Below are positions 19,832 to 27,727 of a stretch of 35,935 bases of DNA, piece after piece (the first letter of the stretch is position 1; each line of letters begins with the position of its first letter). The position numbers were made by a program, and so were the translations under genes. Source of the DNA: a virus (lineage: Duplodnaviria > Caudoviricetes); IMG/VR virus record IMGVR_UViG_3300027710_000073, positions 1-35,935 of that record, one strand, 5' to 3'. Below the pieces are notes generated by a model. It made no database searches. It was not told where the DNA came from and saw nothing but the letters and a program-made list of their open reading frames with translations.

Positions 19832-19877
19832 TGTCTCTATGTAGTAAATTATACTATTTATAGAGACACTTTGTCAA
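19832..19877 (-). promoter_or_regulatory. Consensus sigma70 promoter for the halogenase cassette, with an inverted repeat flanking the -10
   Basis: TTGACA(19877-19872)-N18-TATAAT(19853-19848); inverted repeat tgtctctat (19832-19840) / atagagaca (19860-19868). Confidence 0.7.
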
Positions 19878-19898
19878 TATGTTTGTGAGTGTTAACTC

Positions 19899-20189
19899 TT
19901 ATTCTGGAGTTTCCCACGCACCAAGAACTTCATTCCAGGCTGCAATTTCTTGTGGCTTTTCTATTGGTGCATGATATCTTAAAGTTTCTTGATCTAATAC
20001 CCAAGAAGGGAAGGGCTTAAGCTCTTCAAATGCATCTCTGTTTGGATGATATCTTGCGCCAATACTTGCCGCATTCAATCTAAATCTTCCGTCTTCAGAG
20101 TATTCAATCCAACCTGGTAGTGAAAAGTCTCCTTCTGACTGTGCAATATTTACAACAACATTATTAATAACTTCTGCAAAGTATCTCAT
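19899..20189 (-). CDS. Small fibre-associated protein (cassette A, gene 4)
   Basis: Start ATG 20189 (TAATG overlap). MRYFAEVINNVVVNI...ASIGARY...KPFPSWVLDQET; paralog of 24238..24555. Confidence 0.78.
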   Translation of the reverse strand: MRYFAEVINNVVVNIAQSEGDFSLPGWIEYSEDGRFRLNAASIGARYHPNRDAFEELKPFPSWVLDQETLRYHAPIEKPQEIAAWNEVLGAWETPE

Positions 20190-21307
20190 TATACGCTCCA
20201 AGTCCGAACAATTAATACTCCACCAGTTCCTTGTGTGACGCTGTTATGATCAGAGTCTCCACCCATTCCATAATGGCCAGGAGCATTACTCCAATGAGTT
20301 CCTCCGCCTGGCCCATCATTATTAGTACTATGACGTGCTGATCCTCCGCCTGCTGAGTAATAATTAGTTACAGGACCATACGTTATTTGTTTTGCAGCCC
20401 CACCTCGAACTGGATTTCCATCACTTGTACTAAATCCTACTGCGCCTGCACCGCCTCCGCCTCCGCCACCGTGCCCTGCACCCTGACCTGAACCTCCTGC
20501 ATGTCCTGTTTCATGAGTAACAGATTGATTCAATAGCGGTATAGATAAAGAATTTCCAATTGTTGCTGTATAGGTTGATTGAGATGTGTCTGCTAGAACT
20601 TGAGCACCCTGAACAGGTAGTCCTCCAGCGAATGGCCCTGCTTGAGCATTGCTGTGTCCTCCGCCTCCGCCATTTCCACCATTATTACCTGTTCCATTAT
20701 CTCTAGATCCGCCACCACCAATTGCACTTATTCCTAAAAATGTAGTGCTTCCTCCTTGGCTTTGGTTGCCACTTGCAGTACCTCCTGCAGTTGGATACGC
20801 ACCGATTGTAGCTGCGATAGTTTGTCCTACTGGCATTGGAATAGATGTAGCATATACAATTCCTCCGCCGCCTCCGCCGCTACTATGATGATATGCTCCG
20901 CCACCTGCGCCGACTGCCATAAAGTCACAAAATCCTACGCTGTTTGTAGGGAATGCATAAAGTCCGCTAGATGTAATCGTTGTATAGTTTGCTGTTAATG
21001 CTAAAGAATCTGTTCCTTTTGCTGAAACCTTAAACAAAGAAATCATGTCGTACTGAGTTGCTAAAATTCTAATTTCAGTAAATGGCAAGGTGACATCAGC
21101 AATTCCATTTAGAGGAGCCTGAATAAGTTGACCATTTGTCTGAAGATAATAAATAAAACCATCTTTTCCTAAAGCGGATGTAGCACGATAAAATCCAGGG
21201 GATCCGCCTCGTGCCCATTTTCTTACTTTAAAGACCATGTAAACTTGATCAATAAATGTTTGTCCTGGAAGACTGCTAGATGAACCTGCAAATGATTGAA
21301 TTCCCAT
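20189..21307 (-). CDS. Glycine-rich (polyglycine) adhesin-like protein (cassette A, gene 3)
   Basis: AVGAGGGA...GGGGGG tracts, C-terminus GGVLIVR; paralog of 24552..25700. Confidence 0.78.
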   Translation of the reverse strand: MGIQSFAGSSSSLPGQTFIDQVYMVFKVRKWARGGSPGFYRATSALGKDGFIYYLQTNGQLIQAPLNGIADVTLPFTEIRILATQYDMISLFKVSAKGTDSLALTANYTTITSSGLYAFPTNSVGFCDFMAVGAGGGAYHHSSGGGGGGIVYATSIPMPVGQTIAATIGAYPTAGGTASGNQSQGGSTTFLGISAIGGGGSRDNGTGNNGGNGGGGGHSNAQAGPFAGGLPVQGAQVLADTSQSTYTATIGNSLSIPLLNQSVTHETGHAGGSGQGAGHGGGGGGGAGAVGFSTSDGNPVRGGAAKQITYGPVTNYYSAGGGSARHSTNNDGPGGGTHWSNAPGHYGMGGDSDHNSVTQGTGGVLIVRTWSV

Positions 21308-21308
21308 T

Positions 21309-21644
21309 TTATACGTCTATCTCCACTCCATACGCATTAAATGTTACAAGTGCTGTAGATGACTGCACGGTAATAACATCATTTGTATCTAATGTAATTC
21401 CTAGGTTTAAAGCTATTGAGCTTGCTGCACCAATTTGCACATTAAATGCAATATAGTGATCCGTAGTCTTTGTTGCGCCGTCTGGGCGAACTGAAATTTG
21501 ATATGTAGCGGCATCTCCTGCATCTCTATTAGCAACTGTAATACAATTGATAATGGCCTGCTTTGATCCGCTTACTGTATATAAATTAAAATCTGTTGCT
21601 GCTGCTGGTGACTTTTGTCCCAGAATCTTGTATACCATTGCCAT
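21309..21644 (-). CDS. Small beta-sandwich virion protein (cassette A, gene 2)
   Basis: MAMVYKILGQ..P.A.T..LYTV...ITVAN...GITL..DVITV..FNAYGVEI; paralog of 25700..26035 and related to 26636..26935. Confidence 0.78.
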   Translation of the reverse strand: MAMVYKILGQKSPAAATDFNLYTVSGSKQAIINCITVANRDAGDAATYQISVRPDGATKTTDHYIAFNVQIGAASSIALNLGITLDTNDVITVQSSTALVTFNAYGVEIDV

Positions 21645-21648
21645 ATTT

Positions 21649-22014
21649 TTATACCCCTACCATAAAGAATGAGTGTAATGATGCTCCTGCACCGCTTACC
21701 TGATTGATTGCTGAAATTCTTGCTGTACTGATATCAGCTAAAGCAGTTGCTCTATCTAATCCAATGTCTGCTAGTGATGCTACTCTTGCTGTTTCTAGAG
21801 ATGCCGCTGAAGTTGATCTTTTTGTTTCTAACTCTGTAATTTTAGCTGCAGTAGCAGCAACAATATCATCGACGCCGAGCATATTTGCTAGCTCTGTCAT
21901 AGATTTAGCAAGATAAATCATATCTTGTGTTGTTGTTGCAGAGTTCGTCATTGAAGTCATCTTCGTCTTCATTGCGTTGATCTGCGTTGCTAGGCTATCA
22001 TAAACTACGGTCAT
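21649..22014 (-). CDS. Helical/coiled-coil virion protein (cassette A, gene 1)
   Basis: YDSLATQI...QDMIYLA...LGVDDIV.ATA.KI.ELETK; paralog of 26037..26408. Upstream SD AAGGAG and -10 TGCTATACT (22041-22033). Confidence 0.78.
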   Translation of the reverse strand: MTVVYDSLATQINAMKTKMTSMTNSATTTQDMIYLAKSMTELANMLGVDDIVAATAAKITELETKRSTSAASLETARVASLADIGLDRATALADISTARISAINQVSGAGASLHSFFMVGV

Positions 22015-22050
22015 TTGTTATCTCCTTGATAAAGTATAGCATAAGTTCTT

Positions 22051-22620
22051 TTAAATACCCAAGCCTAATTCTAGGCTTACTATACGGGCGTCAAAGCTGG
22101 CAACCTGTGAAGATAGTGTTCCTAAAGAATTTGTAACTGTTGTAGAAAAATTAGCATCGTCTCCTAGAGCCGCCGCCAATTCGTTTAATGTATTTAAAGC
22201 TGTTGGGGCTGCATCGACTAAATTAGCCAATTGGGATATTGGCACTAGGCCATTTTCATCTAGAGTAGCAATGCCGTCTGGATTGCCCACTAGGGTGTCT
22301 GGAACGTATGTCTGAGCGGCGGTAGAGGCAAGTCCACTAACTGCTGTATCTACATATGTCTTAGTTGCAAGAGCGGTGGTATCAGCAATACCGTGAATAT
22401 TTGTAGTAGTATTATTATGTGCTGTAATTGCTGAAGTTAAATCAGTAGCAAGAATGCTTGCAAATACTAGAGCTGAAAATGTTGCTACACCATTTCCAAT
22501 CTTAAACTTATTAAGAGTTGTATCAATGCCAATTTCACCAGCCTGCAAAACTGGATTATATAATGCCCAATTTGCTGTTGTATCTCTGCGAAGTCTAAAT
22601 GTTACGTTTGTAGTTGTCAT
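22051..22620 (-). CDS. Fibre protein with Mtd_N/hyaluronidase-type N-terminal domain
   Basis: FRLRRDTTANW..NPVLQAGEIGIDT..KFKIGNG, followed by the APTALNTLNELAAAL module. Confidence 0.8.
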   Translation of the reverse strand: MTTTNVTFRLRRDTTANWALYNPVLQAGEIGIDTTLNKFKIGNGVATFSALVFASILATDLTSAITAHNNTTTNIHGIADTTALATKTYVDTAVSGLASTAAQTYVPDTLVGNPDGIATLDENGLVPISQLANLVDAAPTALNTLNELAAALGDDANFSTTVTNSLGTLSSQVASFDARIVSLELGLGI

Positions 22621-22823
22621 GCGGGATTAGCGTCTCCTCCGTCATAGCTTACTCCAGCTGCCGCTCCAGTGGATACTACTGCTCCGTCATATGAATGGAG
22701 GTGATCAAAGACAACTGCTGCATCTGTAAACAATGTCCATTTAGAATTGTCCCATTTCCAAGTAACACCGTTACTTGTGAATGTTTGGTTTAGTGTTGGG
22801 CTTAGCGGGAATATTGTAGCCAT
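22617..22823 (-). CDS. Small protein consisting of the FPxSPxLNQ...WxW module
   Basis: MATIFPLSPTLNQTFTSNGVTWKWDNSKW matches the N-termini of 4691..6115 and 6372..7082. Confidence 0.72.
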   Translation of the reverse strand: MATIFPLSPTLNQTFTSNGVTWKWDNSKWTLFTDAAVVFDHLHSYDGAVVSTGAAAGVSYDGGDANPA

Positions 22824-22830
22824 AGCAATA

Positions 22831-24222
22831 TTATACCCTAGCTGCGTATGAAGGTACTGATACCTGAGACTGTGTTTGTGAGATTAAATAATATTGTCCA
22901 CTGTTTAAATAGTGTGCATATGATGTAGCACTTCCTGGATTATTTGCTACGGATAGAACTTCTGTTGGTGCCCAATATTGAGGAGTCTCAACTGGGGCAG
23001 GAAGGAAGCCAGTAGCAATATAGGTAGCCTTTGAATACTTGCGGTCAAACTTATCATAGATGTATAGAGCATCTTCTGTATATGTGCGACCATTCATGTG
23101 ACCTAGTGTATCAAATGCCTTTGTTGCTGACTTAAAGTTCTTAATAGTAGTATACGTATTTGTTGCTGGGTTATAGTATCCAAACCAGTAATCAAATGTA
23201 GATTCAGTTCCCTTGTCTACCGCCGTCTTTCTTTCTCCTGAGATATAAACTTTACCCTCATAAGAGAACACAAATGTGCGGTCATAAGAGTTTGAAGGCT
23301 CTCCAGGCATCTTAGCAATAGCTGACCAAGTATTAGTTGTGCCATCCCACTTGTATGCAAGATTTCCAAAATAATGTGTTGTAGGAACGTTTGATGTCTC
23401 TAGATAATGTGTTCCAAATGTGTAGACATTTCCATCTCCTGGAGCTGCCATAAGAATATTCATTGTGTTCAAAGCATCTGGGTAATTAGCCTTTGCTGTC
23501 TGAGTAAATGCTGATGTAGCCATATCCTTTTCAATGAATGTTGTATACATTGTCTGATTATGTGTCTGGACTCCGCCTGCTGAATTATATTGTCCTCCGC
23601 CTGCAATGTACATCTTATTGTTTGTATAATCAAAGGCAAATGATGCACCCTTGTAGTTATTTGAATAAAGATCAACTGCTGCCATTGTTGTGGCATTTAC
23701 AATCTTACCTGCATAGTATGCATCTGTAGATACATCGTATGTTGGGTATGACCAGACGTAATCTGTTCCGCCGACATTTCTACATGTTAGCGCATTAGTA
23801 AGTTGAACGGCGGCTGTAGTAGGAATTGTTGGTGTTGGTGTAGTATTAGTATTTGAAATCAATCCTGAAGATACTACAGCATTTGAATTTGATGGCCAGT
23901 TGATATACTGGTTATCTGAAACAAGAACAATCTTGGCCCAATTCTTACTTGGGTTAAAGTTCCACGTTGTAGTAAATGACGGGCTAACGAAAGATGAATC
24001 AATTACATTTCCGTCTCCGTCTAGTAAATTAATATAAGTAACATTAGTTGGAGCACCGTTAGAAAAATCAAGGCTATATAAACCAGCATTTACGAGCATG
24101 CCAACGTTTAGAATAAAGATACGTTGCTTTGTTACTGCTGATACTGATGGTGCCTTGAACGTCAAGTTACCGCCTAGGGCGGGCAAGGAGTTCTTAGATA
24201 CTAAATCTAGTGTTACTGCCAT
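22831..24222 (-). CDS. Kelch-like beta-propeller protein (candidate receptor-binding protein)
   Basis: Kelch-type blades KMYIAGGG, GNVYTFG, YKWDGTTNTWSAIAKMP, EGKVYISG and YYNPATNTYT. Confidence 0.72.
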   Translation of the reverse strand: MAVTLDLVSKNSLPALGGNLTFKAPSVSAVTKQRIFILNVGMLVNAGLYSLDFSNGAPTNVTYINLLDGDGNVIDSSFVSPSFTTTWNFNPSKNWAKIVLVSDNQYINWPSNSNAVVSSGLISNTNTTPTPTIPTTAAVQLTNALTCRNVGGTDYVWSYPTYDVSTDAYYAGKIVNATTMAAVDLYSNNYKGASFAFDYTNNKMYIAGGGQYNSAGGVQTHNQTMYTTFIEKDMATSAFTQTAKANYPDALNTMNILMAAPGDGNVYTFGTHYLETSNVPTTHYFGNLAYKWDGTTNTWSAIAKMPGEPSNSYDRTFVFSYEGKVYISGERKTAVDKGTESTFDYWFGYYNPATNTYTTIKNFKSATKAFDTLGHMNGRTYTEDALYIYDKFDRKYSKATYIATGFLPAPVETPQYWAPTEVLSVANNPGSATSYAHYLNSGQYYLISQTQSQVSVPSYAARV

Positions 24223-24237
24223 TTTTTACTCCTTTTA

Positions 24238-24555
24238 TTAAACTGTAGTCCAAGCTTGAGTTTCTTCATCCCAGCGATAATTAGTTACTGTGTCAAAAAC
24301 GCTTATTTCTGCATCTTCTGGTCTAGCAACTGGGGATTCCCATTTGAGTGTATTTTCATTAAGGACCCAGGATTCAAATGGTTGAGGAGATTTAAACTTA
24401 TTCTTAGCCTCAACGTACTCATATCCAATTTCTGCTTTATTTGTATCTGTTGTTATTTTAATATGAAGTCCGTTTTGTGACCCAATCTCTGAGTCCTCAC
24501 AGACAATAATATTTTCAACAATGTTTTCTGAATTGATCTTTGCGTAATTACTCAT
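24238..24555 (-). CDS. Small fibre-associated protein (cassette B, gene 4)
   Basis: MSNYAKINSENIVENII...AEIGYEY...PQPFESWVLNENT..WESPVARP. Confidence 0.78.
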   Translation of the reverse strand: MSNYAKINSENIVENIIVCEDSEIGSQNGLHIKITTDTNKAEIGYEYVEAKNKFKSPQPFESWVLNENTLKWESPVARPEDAEISVFDTVTNYRWDEETQAWTTV

Positions 24556-25700
24556 GGGATATAATACCTCACTACCACAGCTCCTGAATCTCCACCTTCA
24601 TAGCCTTGTTGCTGATATCCAGCCCCTCTTCCACCGTGGCTATAGTTTCTTGCAGGAGTAGTTCCAAAGCTTTGAGAAGTGTTATTATTAGCTCTTCCAC
24701 CTGCTCCTCCAGATCCATAATGAAGTGTTGATCCAGATATATCTGAAGCATGTCCTGAGCCACCATTCCCTGGAGCAGAATTTGTTCCATCTGTTCCTGC
24801 TCCGCCTGCGCCGCCGCCTCCACCTCCGCCTGATTGCTGATTATCAGTTCCAGTAGAGTTACCTCCAGAGTTGCCCCCATGAAAAGCTGGTGAACCAGTT
24901 GTACCAAGTCCAGTTCCTGATGTTTGAGCTCCGCCTCCAATTCCACCAAAACGATGACTTGAACTTACGTGACCACCCGCACCTCCGCCATTGCCTATTT
25001 CAGCGCTAACGCTTTGTCCAGAGTTTCCATTAGCTGAAGCAGATCCAGGATTTGTTGGATTATGATGTCCGCCTCCACCTCCGCCAAGCGCATAAACATT
25101 TCCAAAATAGCTTCGTCCTCCATGAGATTGTCCATCTCCACCAGCTCCACCTATAGTTATAGCGGTTGTTCCAACTGCTTGATACGCTGTTAGCTTTACA
25201 ACATTTCCGCCGCCTCCGCCTCCACCACAGTGGCTGTGACCACCTTGAGATCCTGCACCAGCAACCAAAACATTTATTAATGGTAGTGCATTATTTGGCA
25301 AAACAAAATTTCCAGAACTTCTAATTATTGATGGAAAGCTTGGAATTGCTGATTTACCAATTGTTCCATCTGCATCAAATGGGTTGTTGAAAATAGTAGT
25401 AGATTTAACTTTTGCTTTGTATAAACTTATCATATCATTTACTGGTGCAATAATATCTACTCTTGTGAATGCATGGGTTACATTAACAACTCTATTTAAA
25501 GCAGCACCTGTAGTTGTTCCTGCTCCTACAAAATAAGCATAACCATTTTCTTGGTTTGTTGAATAAAGTGCATAATATCCTGCTGTTCCGCCCTGGGCCC
25601 ATGAGCGATTAAATGTCTGCATATGAACAGAGGCAACAAATGTCATATTTGCTTGTCCGCCACCGCCGCCTACTGCGGGAAGTGTATTAAACCCTGGCAT
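24552..25700 (-). CDS. Glycine-rich (polyglycine) adhesin-like protein (cassette B, gene 3)
   Basis: Polyglycine tracts with His-containing loops; C-terminus GDSGAVVVRY. Confidence 0.78.
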   Translation of the reverse strand: MPGFNTLPAVGGGGGQANMTFVASVHMQTFNRSWAQGGTAGYYALYSTNQENGYAYFVGAGTTTGAALNRVVNVTHAFTRVDIIAPVNDMISLYKAKVKSTTIFNNPFDADGTIGKSAIPSFPSIIRSSGNFVLPNNALPLINVLVAGAGSQGGHSHCGGGGGGGNVVKLTAYQAVGTTAITIGGAGGDGQSHGGRSYFGNVYALGGGGGGHHNPTNPGSASANGNSGQSVSAEIGNGGGAGGHVSSSHRFGGIGGGAQTSGTGLGTTGSPAFHGGNSGGNSTGTDNQQSGGGGGGGAGGAGTDGTNSAPGNGGSGHASDISGSTLHYGSGGAGGRANNNTSQSFGTTPARNYSHGGRGAGYQQQGYEGGDSGAVVVRYYIP

Positions 25701-26035
25701 TATGCATCTACCTCCGAACCGAATAGATTAAATGCTATTGTCGTTGCGGCTGCATAGACTTCTACGATGTCTCCTGCGCCTAATGTCATTGAAAGCTGAA
25801 GTGCTTGTGATACTGCAGCAGCTGACGCTGTGTCATATACAAGAATTTGCTTATCATTTGCTGCTGCACCTGCAACTCTTACTCTTACACGATATAGAAT
25901 GTCATCTGTTGATAGATTTGCTACTGTCAGCGATGAGCAGATAGCTTGCTTTCCTGCTGGAACTGCATAAATCTGAGTCCATGTCGCATTTGCTGAAGGA
26001 ACTGTTTGTCCCATTACCTTATAATTAATTGCCAT
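25700..26035 (-). CDS. Small beta-sandwich virion protein (cassette B, gene 2)
   Basis: MAINYKVMGQ..P....IYAVP..KQAI.SSLTVAN...FNLFGSEV. Confidence 0.78.
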   Translation of the reverse strand: MAINYKVMGQTVPSANATWTQIYAVPAGKQAICSSLTVANLSTDDILYRVRVRVAGAAANDKQILVYDTASAAAVSQALQLSMTLGAGDIVEVYAAATTIAFNLFGSEVDA

Positions 26036-26036
26036 T

Positions 26037-26408
26037 TTATATCATGCTCCCTATAAATAGTACATTAAAACTTGTTGACGCTGAATTGATTTGATTCATT
26101 GTAGATGTACCTAATGTTGTAATATTGCTAATTGCTGTTGCTCTTTCTGCTACTACGTCTGCCACCGCTCCGACTCGTGCTGTTTCCATTGAAGCGAGAG
26201 AGTTTAGCTTCTTTGTTTCAAGATCTGCAATCTTATCTGCAGTTGCTTGAACAATGTCATTTACTCCTACTAGTCCACCTAGTGTATCTAGTGTTGATGC
26301 GACATACATAAGATCTTGTGCTGAATAAACTGATGCTGCAAGACTTGCTGCAATTTCTGTTTTTACTAGCTCGATTTGTGTACTTAGTGAATCGTATGCT
26401 GTAGGCAT
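26037..26408 (-). CDS. Helical/coiled-coil virion protein (cassette B, gene 1)
   Basis: YDSLSTQI...QDLMYVA...VGVNDIVQATADKIADLETK. Confidence 0.78.
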   Translation of the reverse strand: MPTAYDSLSTQIELVKTEIAASLAASVYSAQDLMYVASTLDTLGGLVGVNDIVQATADKIADLETKKLNSLASMETARVGAVADVVAERATAISNITTLGTSTMNQINSASTSFNVLFIGSMI

Positions 26409-26636
26409 TTACATCAACTCCATTTTATTCATTCTTAAAGCCATGGCAACTTTTTCATAAGTTTTTTGCCAACCGCTTTTGGTGTATTGCTCAAGTGTAT
26501 CATGAGTTGTATTAAAATACAGGTCTCCAAGACTAGCATTTTGTGGTCTTTCCGCTGTTGGACCAACTGGAATTGTTGCTCCTCCGCCTCCGCCTGAAAG
26601 TGCTACTGATGCCGAAGCTGCTTTACGAACGCCCAT
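26409..26636 (-). CDS. Small protein consisting of the RP...GDLYFN module
   Basis: PVGPTAERPQNASLGDLYFNTT..LEQYTKSGWQ matches the N-terminal modules of the three Gly-rich paralogs. Confidence 0.72.
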   Translation of the reverse strand: MGVRKAASASVALSGGGGGATIPVGPTAERPQNASLGDLYFNTTHDTLEQYTKSGWQKTYEKVAMALRMNKMELM

Positions 26637-26935
26637 TAAAATTCAACCCCCGATATGTGAAAGTTGACGGAAGTTGAAGAAGCAAAACCTTTAATAGTTT
26701 GTGTGGTAGAAAGAACCGTCTTTGTGTCCATCACAAGAGTATCGTTTGCGCCTACTGTTACTGCAGAAATATATGCAACGTCATTAAATAAAATTGAGGC
26801 GGTAATTGCTGCAGCAGTTGTGTTGGTAATTGAAATATTAGTTACTATATTAGTCTTGCTAGCTGGAACAGTATATAGCGTTGCTGAGGAAGTGGCTGCT
26901 GCTGCCCTTACAAATTGTTTTGCTACATTTGCCAT
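26636..26935 (-). CDS. Small beta-sandwich virion protein
   Basis: TLYTVPASKTNIVTNISITN...VNFHISGVEF; SD AGGAG upstream. Confidence 0.75.
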   Translation of the reverse strand: MANVAKQFVRAAAATSSATLYTVPASKTNIVTNISITNTTAAAITASILFNDVAYISAVTVGANDTLVMDTKTVLSTTQTIKGFASSTSVNFHISGVEF

Positions 26936-26943
26936 ATTATCTC

Positions 26944-27717
26944 CTAGTACGCTCCCATTATTATACCAATTTCTGTGTCATAAACAGAGTTTGTGATATT
27001 AGTAATAAAATTAGCATCGTCGCCTACGGCTGCTGCTAATTCATTGAGGGTATTCAGCACTGCTGGAGCCCCGTCAATTATATTTCCTAGCTGGGAGATA
27101 GGAACATTTCCAGTTGCATCTAGCGTTGCTATTCCATCTGGGTTACCGACCAAAGAATCTGGCACATAAGTTTCTGCGGCGGTTGAGGCAAGGCTTGAGA
27201 CTGCATTATTTACATATGTCTGAGATGCAATTAATGCGGTATTTACTGATATTGCTTTTGTAGTTGTATTGTAAGAAAGACCTGATCCTACTGCATTTCC
27301 AACGGCATCTTTTGCATTTGTATCGGTATAAGGGTTTACCCATGTAACTGCATAGTCTGTGTTTGAAGATTTAGCTGCAATTTGACCAGTGGTTCCGCCT
27401 GCTGCTACTCCTGGACCAACAGGTCCGACGGGGCCAAAAGATATTTCTACCCAGAAAGTTCCATCATAAGTATAGAAGTGAGGATCAACGTTGTTGTACC
27501 AAAGATCACCCTCTTTAGGAGAAGGTGTTGTTGGTGCTGTAGTTCCTATTGATACCGCAGATCCTGCTGAACCTGCTCCAACTTCAATCCAACCAGTATT
27601 GGTATAAACTCTTACTTTGTTGGCGACGCTATTTAAATATAGGTCACCGATTCTTGGATTTGCTGGGTCAGTCGCTAAACTGACTGTATTTAAGGAGACT
27701 AATCTTTTTACAGACAT
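26944..27717 (-). CDS. Modular fibre protein
   Basis: GDLYLN and EGDLWYN modules, a short Gly-Pro tract, GGTTGQI, and the APAVLNTLNELAAA module. Confidence 0.78.
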   Translation of the reverse strand: MSVKRLVSLNTVSLATDPANPRIGDLYLNSVANKVRVYTNTGWIEVGAGSAGSAVSIGTTAPTTPSPKEGDLWYNNVDPHFYTYDGTFWVEISFGPVGPVGPGVAAGGTTGQIAAKSSNTDYAVTWVNPYTDTNAKDAVGNAVGSGLSYNTTTKAISVNTALIASQTYVNNAVSSLASTAAETYVPDSLVGNPDGIATLDATGNVPISQLGNIIDGAPAVLNTLNELAAAVGDDANFITNITNSVYDTEIGIIMGAY

Positions 27718-27727
27718 TTATCTCTCC

